In this document: positions 10,617-21,390 of the stretch, piece after piece
Position numbering within the stretch: the stretch's first letter is position 1
How the letters are laid out: each line of letters begins with the position of its first letter
The notes under the pieces: model-generated
Told to the model about the DNA's origin: nothing
Database searches by the model: none
The model's input: the letters and a program-made list of their open reading frames with translations, nothing else
Program-made: the position numbers and the translations under genes
Assembly: GCA_950097015.1 (NCBI GenBank)
Contig: CATNEN010000038.1
Span: 9,920,001-9,984,000, forward strand
Reading direction: 5' to 3'
DNA length: 64,000 bases
Source: Macrostomum hystrix
Lineage: Eukaryota > Animalia > Platyhelminthes

Positions 10617-12378
10617 GAGGAGTTGTAGACTAGTGATTAGAGCGTCGGACTCATGACTTGAACGTAGGGCTCTTTGATGCAGGGATCGTGAAGCTCCTTG
10701 ATGCAGGGATCATGGTGCTCTTTGATGCAGGGATCGTGGAGCTCTTTGATGCAGGGATCGTGAAGCTCCTTGATGCAGGGATCGTGAAGCTCCTTGATGC
10801 AGGGATCATGGTGCTATTTGATGCAGGGATCATGGTGCTCTTTGATGCAGGGATCGTGGAGCTCTTTGATGCAGGGATCGTGAAGCTCCTTGATGCAGGG
10901 ATCATGGTGCTCTTTGATGCAGGGATCGTGGAGCTCTTTGATGCAGGGATCGTGAAGCTCCTTGATGCAGGGATCATGGTGCTCTTTGATGCAGGGATCA
11001 TGGTGCTCTTTGATGCAGGGATCGTGGAGCTCTTTGATGCAGGGATCGTGAAGCTCCTTGATGCAGGGATCATGGTGCTATTTGATGCAGGGATCATGGT
11101 GCTCTTTGATGCAGGGATCGTGGAGCTCTTTGATGCAGGGATCGTGAAGCTCCTTGATGCAGGGATCATGGTGCTCTTTGATGCAGGGATCATGGTGCTC
11201 TTTGATGCAGGGATCGTGGAGCTCTTTGATGCAGGGATCGTGAAGCTCCTTGATGCAGGGATCATGGTGCTCTTTGATGCAGGGATCATGGTGCTCTTTG
11301 ATGCAGGGATCGTGGAGCTCTTTGATGCAGGGATCGTGAAGCTCTTTGATGCAGGGATCGTGAAGCTCCTTGATGCAGGGATCATGGTGCTATTTGATGC
11401 AGGGATCATGGTGCTCTTTGATGCAGGGATCGTGGAGCTCTTTGATGCAGGGATCGTGAAGCTCCTTGATGCAGGGATCATGGTGCTCTTTGATGCAGGG
11501 ATCATGGTGCTCTTTGATGCAGGGATCGTGGAGCTCTTTGATGCAGGGATCATGGTGCTATTTGATGCAGGGATCATGGTGCTCTTTGATGCAGGGATCG
11601 TGGAGCCCTTTGATGCAGGGATCGTGAAGCTCCTTGATGCAGGGATTCGTGGTGCTCTTTGATGCAGGGATTCGTGGAGCTCTTTGATGCAGGGATCGTG
11701 GAGCTCTTTGATGCAGGGATTCGTGGTGCTCTTTGATGCAGGGATCGTGGAGCTCTTTGATGCAGGGATCGTGAAGCTCCTTGATGCAGGGATCATGGTG
11801 CTATTTGATGCAGGGATCATGGTGCTCTTTGATGCAGGGATCGTGGAGCCCTTTGATGCAGGGATCATGGTGCTATTTGATGCAGGGATCATGGTGCTCT
11901 TTGATGCAGGGATTCGTGGAGCTCTTTGATGCAGGGATCGTGGAGCTCTTTGATGCAGGGATCGTGAAGCTCCTTGATGCTGGGATCATGTTGTCTTTGA
12001 TGCAGGGATTCGTGGAGCTCTTTGATGCAGGGATCGTGGAGCTCTTTGATGCAGGGATCGTGGAGCTCTTTGATGCAGGGATCATGGTGCTATTTGATGC
12101 AGGGATCGTGAAGCTCTGTGATGCAGGGATCGTGAAGCTCTTTGATGCAGGGATCATGGAGCTCCTTGATGCAGGGATTCGTGGAGCTCTTTGATGCAGG
12201 GATCATGTTGTCTATGATGCAGGGATCGTGGAGCTCTTTGATGCAGGGATCGTGGAGCTCTTTGATGCAGGGATTGTGGAGCTCTTTGATGCAGGATTCG
12301 TGGAGCTCTTTGATGCAGGGATCGTGGAACTCTTTGATGCGGGTATCGTTCTCTCCACTACAGGGTCTGGTGCACTCA
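10617..12378 (+). mobile_element. SINE family A head split by the 24-bp minisatellite
   Basis: GTTGTAGACTAGTGATTAGAGCGTCGGACTCATGACTTGAA before the array; CTCCACTACAGGGTCTGGTGCACTC after it resembles consensus CTCCACTGGAAGAGTTTGTGCCCTT. Confidence 0.6.
10668..12345. repeat. 24-bp minisatellite (CTCTTTGATGCAGGGATCGTGGAG and variants)
   Basis: Tandem periodicity. Confidence 0.95.
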
Positions 12379-12719
12379 AATCTAGACGAATTGTCTCATC
12401 ACATGTATAAAAGCTTTTCGGCCTCAGCAATTTCCGCTGACCGACGCGAGCCAACCAAGATAATTTATCGAGAAGATTTCGCGACACTTGCCAACTCCGA
12501 CGGCACGCCATCGAGCAGTTTGTCTCGAATCCCACTCCGTTAAATCAAACACTCCACCGGCGTCCCACGCATCCGGGCTCATCTGATTGGCGAATGCCGA
12601 AGGGACGATCGATGGTCTCCGGGCTGAGTTGATGCTACAAAAGCGACGCACCAGGGACGCAGGACTCACGGACGCAATCCAGGTAGCGACTCACAGACAC
12701 CAGGAGCTCGCAAAAAAAT

Positions 12720-13111
12720 ATGCACCGTTTCGACATTCTTCTGGCGGCCCTGGCTATTGCTGGTGAGTCAATTGTCCGAGCTGTTCACTTGAGCATACTC
12801 AAATCTCAGCTCCCCCCTACCCGAATGCTCAAATTTCAGCTCTCTGTCTGATCGGTGAGGGTGGCTGCTCTCGGTGCCAACTAGACGAGGAGGTTCCAAA
12901 CCACGGACTACTGCAACGCGCTTCAACGGGCGCCGATGAGGCGGAGCAGCTCATTGGACTCAACAAGCGGGCCATGCGACTCATGCGAATCGGCCGGAAG
13001 AGAAGCAGCTGGGATGATGAGGCCGACAAGAGGGCCATGCGACTCATGCGAATCGGTCGAAGGACCACCGATGGCTACTACCGACCGGCCTTCCGCTACG
13101 GCAGGAAGTGA
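12720..13111 (+). CDS. neuropeptide precursor 2, paralog of precursor 1 (2x AMRLMRIamide, TTDGYYRPAFRYamide)
   Basis: Exons 12720-12762 and 12840-13111 (GTGAGT..TTTCAG, phase 1, same position as in paralog); MHRFDILLAALAIAALCLIG..KRAMRLMRIGRKR..KRAMRLMRIGRR..YYRPAFRYGRK*; AATAAA near 13230. Confidence 0.9.
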
Positions 13112-13556
13112 CCAACGCCCCGTCTGTGACCCTAACTGACTCACATCCTTATAGTTGAGCAGTATACAGATCTGTGCTCACGAGTTGTGCGCCTTTTGTT
13201 TTGCCCGGCTGTTTGGTGAACAAGTTAGTAATAAACATGGTAACAAATCACTTATTCAAGCTCTGAGGGCTTTCCTTTCATCCGAGAAAAATTTTTGTAG
13301 TATTTTGCATTATTGTGGAACAAATGCTCCTGTGTTTTTTCAATCTCACAAACAGGAGGGTGCGAAATTACGGTTTTGATTGAAACCGGCCTTTAAAATA
13401 TGTTTGATTAAAAGCTTGGCCGTTACTCAAACGTTAACGTTTCTCAAACAATGTAACGATATATACCGATTATGTTAGGTACGTATTTTATGACCATATT
13501 TGGCCATAGACGTTTGATTTGTACAGTATACATAGCACAAAAACATTAGCTGAAAT

Positions 13557-13609
13557 CAAGGACTTCTATATAATAGCATATAATAGATGCTTTTATATAG
13601 AAGGCCTTG
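13557..13609. mobile_element. 53-bp P-type MITE
   Basis: TIR CAAGGACTTCTATATAATAGCAT; 8-bp TSD GCTGAAAT at 13549-13556 and 13610-13617. Confidence 0.85.
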
Positions 13610-13755
13610 GCTGAAATTGTCAAATATCACAGATTGCAAATATTCCAATCTGTCGGAATTGAACTTATGGAGCTATAGCTTTCATGCCATAGACAGTAAG
13701 GCAAAGGATGGGAATGAATGACAAGTGTTAAAAACGCATACAAGCTGTATGAAAC

Positions 13756-13919
13756 CAAGGACTTCTATATAATAGCATCTATTATATGCTATTATATAGA
13801 AGTCCTTGATTTCAGCTAATGTTTTTGTGCTATGTATACTGTACAAATCAAACGTCTATGGCCAAATATGGTCTTAAAATACGTACCTAACTATAGATGC
13901 TATTATATAGAAGTCCTTG
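13756..13919. mobile_element. 164-bp composite P-type MITE carrying captured flank
   Basis: Same TIRs; 8-bp TSD TATGAAAC at 13748-13755 and 13920-13927; internal 13809-13891 is the reverse complement of 13474-13556. Confidence 0.85.
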
Positions 13920-14133
13920 TATGAAACGCTTGCTAAGTGTCATTAAATCCCTACTTTCAGACTTTCAGAGTCATAAAAAAGCCATAGACACAACAGCGGG
14001 CTGTTATCTTTGCTTTTCGGGGATGTATTTTTCGCCAAACCCGCAAAAGTTCGCCCACTCGCAACGAATTCGAAAAAAGTACAAGCGCGACAAAATTTGA
14101 AACTATCGGGGCAACATAACGCGAAGTTATAGT

Positions 14134-15308
14134 TTAGTTGTTGACAACTACTGAGCAATGTTTGAAGACAAAGCTGCTGGCACCAGACGCCTTAGCAACC
14201 TCACAAAGCTTCTTGTTGTCCAAGACTGCCGATGAATGACAAATCTGAATATCCAACGTTCGCTTGTACGTTCGCACTCCGGTGACACTCTGATGTCCAG
14301 TGCGCTCCATTATCTGTTGTTCCTCGATACCAGATTGATAAAGTCTAGTAGCGCAGGTTGCGCGCAGACTATGGTTGGTCTTCTTGCCTTGGACACCAGC
14401 CGTTTTGCACATGTCGGCTAGAAATTTGCTTAACTGTTTTTTCCGATCGGTCGGCTGGAGAACCAAATAGAACCGTTTGCTGCCGCTCGGCCTTACAGAC
14501 ATGAACTTTTGAAACAATCGAACGTGGCAGCGAGCAGGGTTAGTCTCGTTGGGAAACTGGATGACCTCCTTTGGCTCGTAGCGAGTGTCACTCAAGCCGC
14601 CTGCATTGGTCTTGGTAGCAGTCTCCTTTGTGTGTACAAGGCACATCTTGCCGTTTCTGTCCTCGAGGCGGAATTGGTCAATGGACAGCTGACTGTGTTC
14701 CTGACCAGCTCGAAGGGCAAAGTGCAAACCGTTTAGATAGAAGAGGGTCCTTAATAGCTGCCCAGGACCTTGTCCCACAGCTTCTCTTCATCTGCGTAGC
14801 TGACAATCTCTGCGTGCTGTTTGTTTAGTCCTAGTCCTTCCTTTGTACCGATTTTCATAGCGGCATCCAAGCTTTCTCTTACGAGGTGAAATGCCTCACC
14901 TCTTAAGAAGTCGACCTGACGAACTGTACGGACTGTCTGCTGTAGGCCGGCAATCAGTGACACCAGTGAATTTGGAGGGTATTTCATTCCATCTTCGCGT
15001 CGCACTTCGTGAATAAAGACGGACAGACACTTGCTTAGCTCGGAATCGTCCAAGTTATGCACGTCGCGGCTGCAGTCATATGTCTTGCTGCGTCTCCATC
15101 GGTCAAACACACTCACCGCCCAGCGATTTCTATTGACGGTATTCACCGACTTTGTTGTGCCGTTGAATTGCTTTATCACTTCAATATCATAATCGATTCC
15201 GTCTGCAGTTGAAGACCCAGAAGTCGTAACTTGTGGTGCAACTTGCATTCCTTCTCCAAACTCAGCTCCCTCTCTGGCTTCCAACTGTTGTCGTTCCTCT
15301 TCACGCAA
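14134..15308 (-). pseudogene. Crypton-type (DUF3504) tyrosine recombinase, frameshifted
   Basis: FIHEVRREDGMKYPPNSL, GLHFALRAGQEH, NHSLRATCATRLY, TGHQS..VRTYKR (R-HxxR-H-Y set); frame break near 14760; 5' part also disrupted. Confidence 0.85.
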
Positions 15309-15734
15309 CTTTTGCAGTTGAACGAAATAGACTGCAGCTGTGACAAAACTGAGCGAGAAAAGGTGTAGACCGGCTTGAGACTAAAGCTGTGCGGAAATCG
15401 ACCGAGGTGCAACGTAGGCTTCATGTGGCAAGGATCCACCAGTTCCTCCAGGAGTGAAAGGGCCCGCCAGGAGTCTTAGCGTGTACCGGATCGGTTCCTC
15501 AACGATTATCTAAGATTGTTCTATTCGCCGCTTCGAAACTCATCTGTTTTCGTGCTGCCATTCTACGAGTACAAGCGGCGAGACACGGACGAGATATGAA
15601 CAGATTTGTGACGGCGAAGCATATTAATTGCTCGTTAACTCGTTACAAATAAAGTTGTTAAAAATTCTGGCAACAACCGATTGGTTGCCTCTTTTCATAG
15701 TTTCATAGTTTCATAGTTTCATAGTTTCATAGAA

Positions 15735-16128
15735 GGGCGGATAGCTCAGTCAGTAAGGTGTCGGACTCTGGATCAGATGGTCCTGGGTTCGACTCCCGAC
15801 CTAGTCTAGAACTATTCGTGCAGCCTTTGGCAAGCTGCTTTGCCCTGATGTGCACACAGTCTACTCAGCTGCAAATGAGTACCGACATTTCGTCGGGTAT
15901 TAATAATTCCGGCTGGCGTGGAATAAAGCAGTTCTGTGCGGCAATTCTGTGGGGTTTGGATGCTGCCGATATGTTTGGAAAAAAAATTACAGTGCTGACA
16001 CGCGGCTGTCAACCGGTGTCCGAGAGAGCCGGGGAGTACAATAGGTGTGCAGTCCCCACCTGCTAGTGTGCTTGACACACAACACCTGCACTGGCCCTTG
16101 GGTCTAGTGTCAATTATTATATTATTTA
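15735..16128 (+). mobile_element. tRNA-derived SINE family B, young copy
   Basis: Head GGGCGGATAGCTCAGTCAGTAAGG..GGTTCGACTCCC, core CAGTCTACTCAGCTGCAAATGAGTACC, ATT tail; near-identical to 20.85 and 56.2 kb copies; TSD TTTCATAG. Confidence 0.92.
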
Positions 16129-16759
16129 TTTTCATAGTTTCGAAAACCATAGACAATAGGGAACAGTATTTTTTTATACCCATTATTTCAAAAATATTAT
16201 GACATTCTTATGACATTCTTCCAACAGATCCACAACCTTAATTGCCGCTATACCTTAAACCTGATCTCGGGGTACTCAAGCAGCCATCTAAAATTCAATG
16301 GTTGCAACAATTTTTAGACCCGCAGTCCGGTTTTGGCTTTCACATTCTTTTTTTTACAGTCAATCAATTTCTATATCGACGTAATATCCTCTTAGGGATA
16401 TGAATTGGCGGCTCAAGCAAATAAATCCTGAGTGGTACTCAACTTGGACAGACTGAGCTGCATTCTGAGTTTATTAGGTATCCGTTGATACTCAGGCTTA
16501 GCAGCAAAATACTAGTTAAGAAGCAGTTCATGCTACTATCAGTACACTATTACGAACGCATTTCAAATAAAACGAAAGAGTAAAGGTTTGTCACTCATTC
16601 GTATTTTTCGAAAGTAGCTTTACTGGTGCTACAATATTTTTTGTGGCTTGTCGTGAGATTTTAGCCTAAGAAAGCTGTGGAGCCGAGAAATCAATGGATT
16701 GTACGCTAGACGAAAAAGACCAAAACCGATTTTTTCTATGATCAAATGATTACTTTTCT

Positions 16760-17112
16760 TTGGTGAGTCCATTATTCTGTATCTCCCAAAATATTCAACT
16801 AATCTCCATGAAAATGCAGAACACGGGCTGAAATTTTCCGCTCTATCTGATGAAAAAACTTCCACAATCACAAAACACCCGCATCGTCTAGATATTCAAC
16901 GATTCTCCTCGGGGGTGTCTGTTGGCAAAATCTACCAATAAAGGCACGATTTTTCTGCTCACAAAATTTCATCATGTGACCATGCCGGCTGTTGTCGATG
17001 ACTATTATTGTTTCGATAAAATCGTTTTTTTATTGAACCAAAATGAATTTAGGATTTTGAAAACTTTCACAAAGATCGGTATTCGGTTTGGGAGCTATCG
17101 TGGAGTAGGCAG
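16760..17112. mobile_element. dispersed repeat family D, longer inverted copy
   Basis: Reverse complement of 3730-3935; its end ACTTTCACAAAGATCGG..GTTTGGGAGCTATCGTG recurs at about 57055-57105. Confidence 0.65.
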
Positions 17113-17936
17113 ACCATTCATTCGAAAGAGAAATAGAAAGAGTAGAAAAAAAGTACACCTAGTTAGTACTAGGTAGGTGGAAGGACTTAACTTCCTTATC
17201 TGACTGGATGTAGTGGAGAAATTCGAACTCCCGACGTATTTGACACAAGTCCAAAGCTTCAAGCATTCGTTTACAAGCTCGACTTTAAGAGGGTGAGAGA
17301 GAGCAAAATTAATCACGATGTCTTGTAACTAAGGACTCATAGTTGCCAGCCGCCTCATTAACTGTACTCGCGTCATCTGTCCTAATCGCTGAGACTGACT
17401 TCTCATGGTCTCGGGGTCTCACCGGGTCACGCGGTGCTGATTCGCACGAACTTTCAGCGGTTTGCACTTCCTCATTACCGCGTGGCTCTCAGCAGCTTCA
17501 ACTAGTGCGACGACCCGCTGCTCTACTGTAATTGGGCATAACGAATTTCAGATTTTTCGATGAAACAGAGCGCAACTGAGCTGACTCAAGAATTCCTGAG
17601 AGGCTGCAGCTGTTTTCAATTTATCACGCGTTCAAATACAGACTGCGTGCGATGGAACACCGGATTCAGTATAAACTTTGGAAAAGCTAGGTGAATTATC
17701 TCCTCAGCCATATTCTCTGTCAGGTGATCAGCATGCTTTGTATGGTGAGAATCAGTAAGCTAAATATTTCATAGTTATAATTAACTGACACTAAAAGCAG
17801 AAAGCTGTTGCCGAAAAGCTTCTAGTTTTCGTTAAGCATGACATTGATTTTCTCGTTTTATTGATTTAATGAATTCGATCTACTGCACCCTTGTATTCGA
17901 GTTCCGATGCCATTACTAAATGAAGCTGAGCAGGTT

Positions 17937-17952
17937 AGACAGACAGACAGAC

Positions 17953-17983
<31 letters not shown>

Positions 17984-18056
17984 GAGACAGACAGACAGAC
18001 AGAGAGACAGACAGATAGACAGACAGAGAGACAGACAGACAGACAGACAGAGAGAC

Positions 18057-18090
<34 letters not shown>

Positions 18091-18208
18091 GCAGGCAGAC
18101 AGACAGACAGACAGAGAGACAGACAGACAGACAGACAGAGAGACAGACAGACAGACAGACAGAGAGACAGACAGATAGACAGACAGAGAGACAGACAGAC
18201 AGACAGAC

Positions 18209-18245
<37 letters not shown>

Positions 18246-18904
18246 GGCAGGCAGACAGACAGACAGACAGACAGACAGGCAGGCAGACAGACAGGCAGGC
18301 AGACAGACAGGCAGGCAGACAGACAGGCAGGCAGACAGACAGGCAGACAGACAGGCAGGCAGACAGACAGGCAGACAGACAGGCAGGCAGGCAGACAGGC
18401 AGACAGACAGGCAGACAGACAGGCAGACAGACAGACAGGCAGACAGACAGACAGGCAGACAGACAGACAGGCAGACAGACAGACAGGCAGGCAGACAGAC
18501 AGGCAGACAGACAGGCAGGCAGACAGACAGGCAGACAGACAGGCAGGCAGGCAGACAGGCAGACAGACAGGCAGGCAGGCAGACAGGCAGACAGACAGAC
18601 AGGCAGACAGACAGACAGGCAGACAGACAGACAGGCAGACAGACAGACAGACAGGCAGGCAGACAGACAGACAGACAGACAGACAGGCAGGCAGACAGAC
18701 AGGCAGGCAGACAGACAGGCAGGCAGACAGACAGGCAGGCAGACAGACAGGCAGACAGACAGGCAGGCAGACAGACAGGCAGACAGACAGGCAGACAGAC
18801 AGACAGACAGAGAGACAGACAGACAGACAGACAGAGAGACAGACAGACAGACAGACAGAGAGACAGACAGATAGACAGACAGAGAGACAGACAGACAGAC
18901 AGAC

Positions 18905-18941
<37 letters not shown>

Positions 18942-19347
18942 GGCAGGCAGACAGACAGACAGACAGACAGACAGGCAGGCAGACAGACAGGCAGGCAGAC
19001 AGACAGGCAGGCAGACAGACAGGCAGGCAGACAGACAGGCAGACAGACAGGCAGGCAGACAGACAGGCAGACAGACAGGCAGGCAGGCAGACAGGCAGAC
19101 AGACAGGCAGACAGACAGGCAGACAGACAGACAGGCAGACAGACAGACAGGCAGACAGACAGACAGGCAGACAGACAGACAGGCAGGCAGACAGACAGGC
19201 AGACAGACAGGCAGGCAGACAGACAGGCAGACAGACAGGCAGGCAGGCAGACAGGCAGACAGACAGGCAGGCAGGCAGACAGGCAGACAGACAGACAGGC
19301 AGACAGACAGACAGGCAGACAGACAGACAGGCAGACAGACAGACAGA
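17937..19347. repeat. (CAGA/CAGG)n compound microsatellite
   Basis: Direct reading. Confidence 0.97.
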
Positions 19348-19719
19348 CGCAAATCAGAACCTGCGCAAAAAAGGCAGCAAAAAAGTTCTGTCAACTCTCT
19401 GCCAGCTTTTTCATGAGAGTCGGCTTCGAGCTCATTAGTGCTCACGCTGCTTGCCGGGACTTCGCAATCAACAACTCACACTGCGAGTAAAGGCAGCACG
19501 ACCGAGTTCTACACTCGCATCGTAAATTAACTAACTATTAGTGAACATTTTCCTCGAAAAATGAGGAACTAAGAATTCAATGTGAAAGGAGATAGATTTT
19601 GAGTAGTGTAGTGAAATAGTAGAGCAAGTAATGGAGTCTTGTCTACTCTCTGCGCTTGTATTGCAGGTGTTTTAAAAGGAACTCGTCGCTGTTTTCACAT
19701 CTCTTTAGCTGAATTTTAC

Positions 19720-19985
19720 TTCGGCTTAGTCCTAAGAGCAGACTTTAAGGTCGTGGGTTCGATTCCTGACTGCACTAATGCAGTTTGTGTCCATTAGCAA
19801 GGCACTTAACTCTGAATTGCTTCAGTTCACCCAGCTGTTAAATGGGTACCATCAATACATAAGATAATTATGGGTGGGTTTGGCATCCCCCAGTCCATGG
19901 ACTGAACGGCCGTAAGAAGCCTTTAGATTTGGCTGTGCCTTCGGCTGCACATCTGGCCCTGACTATGGCAGGCGTAATCAAACTA
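19720..19985 (+). mobile_element. SINE family A
   Basis: GGTTCGATTCC B-box, CACCCAGCTGTTAAATGGGTACC core, CCCAGTCCATGGACTGAAC. Confidence 0.8.
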
Positions 19986-20335
19986 TTTTTTGTTTTATCT
20001 AGGCTCGTACATTCAAGAAAAAGAAAATCTGAAAAAAGTATAAATTTGTTTTGTTTGTGACAAAATATGTTTCACAGGCAGGCCTACTTCATTCTAGGGT
20101 AGTTTTTCTCTACGGCCTCCAAATGGACAAATTTTTCCAAGTCTTCCTCTCGACCAATGAGAACGTCGGTAGCAACGTTCGCCTCAGATGAAGCTCGTTC
20201 CCTTCTCGAGGAACATCTCGGCACATCTTTTATCTTGAGGCCAGTTCTGCACTGACCAACTCACAAAACTCGCATGTCCACTTCGCTCAAGCTCGTCAAA
20301 TATCAGCAGCCTCTCAAAGTTTCTTTGGCAGAGTC

Positions 20336-20792
20336 ATGGAATTTTTCAGCACAAACTTTTTCTGCAGCGTCCTGGAATGCAACGCCACGTCTGCCGAGGC
20401 AAAATCCAACGGCTCGGTGAACAACTCGGCGACGCTGGCGCCGGTGAAGGCCACCAGCTCGACGGTGAGCCAGTACATCTACACGGTGCTGACGCCACTG
20501 GTGCTGCTTCTCGGTTGCGTTGGAAACTGTCTGTGCATCCGGGTCTTCACCAGGCGTCGCTTCGATAACCAATCCGCCAGCGTCTATTTCGTCTGCCTGT
20601 CCGGCGCCGACCTGCTGGTGCTGGTGTTCTACGTTGTGCCAGACTGGCTGCAGCGTCAGGACGTACTGCCGGCCTGGTCGCGCCACTGGCTGCAGACACA
20701 GATAGCCTGCCAGATGCTTCTGTTCTTCTCCTACTCCTTCCGAATGGTGTCGGTGTGGATGCTGGTCATCTCCACCATCGAGCGCTACATTG
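20336..20792 (+). CDS. rhodopsin-class peptide GPCR (FMRFamide-receptor-like group), exon 1, TM1-TM3
   Basis: N-glycosylation sequons in the N-terminus, GCVGN, LSGADL, TIERYI; donor ATTG|GTGAGC phase 1. Confidence 0.9.
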
Positions 20793-20850
20793 GTGAGCTC
20801 ATTGCGCGCTGCGAGAGGTAATAGCAGTAGTAGTAATAGTAGTAGTAGTA

Positions 20851-21240
20851 GGTCGGATAGCTCAGTCAGTAAGGTGTCGGACTCTGGATCAGATGGTCCT
20901 GGGTTCGACTCCCGACCTAGTCTAGAACTATTCATGCAGCCTTTGGCAAGATGCCTTGCCCTGATGTGCACACAGTCTACTCAGCTGCAAATGAGTACCG
21001 ACATTTCGTCGGGTAATAATAATTCCGGCTGGCGTGGAATAAAGCAGTTCTGTGCGGCAATTCAGTGGGGTTTGGATGCTGCCGATATGTTTGGAAAAAA
21101 AATTACAGTGCTGACACGCGGCTGTCAACCGGTGTCCGAGAGAGCCGGGGAGTACAATAGGTGTGCAGTCCCCACCTGCTAGTGTGCCTGACACACAACA
21201 CCTGCACTGGCCCTTGGGTCTAGTGTCAATTATTACATTA
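20851..21240 (+). mobile_element. SINE family B, young copy in GPCR intron 1
   Basis: Near-identical to 15735-16128. Confidence 0.92.
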
Positions 21241-21269
21241 TTTGTAGTAGTTTATTTGTAGACGTCGTC

Positions 21270-21292
21270 GTCATTGTCGTCGTTGTTGTCGC

Positions 21293-21359
<67 letters not shown>

Positions 21360-21390
21360 GCCGTCGTTGTTGTTTTTGTTGTTGCTGCTC
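21270..21390. repeat. (GTT)n microsatellite
   Basis: Direct reading. Confidence 0.95.

Noticed and set aside
10651-12543. Long ORFs with LFDAGIVE or IPASKSST repeats
   Set aside because: Translations of the 24-bp array
15735-15810. tRNA gene (CTG anticodon-like loop), also at 20851 and 56221
   Set aside because: Acceptor and anticodon stems pair poorly and each is followed by the same 320-bp body and ATT tail; these are SINE heads
17916-19445. 509-aa Cys/Leu-rich ORF
   Set aside because: Translation of the (CAGA/CAGG)n microsatellite
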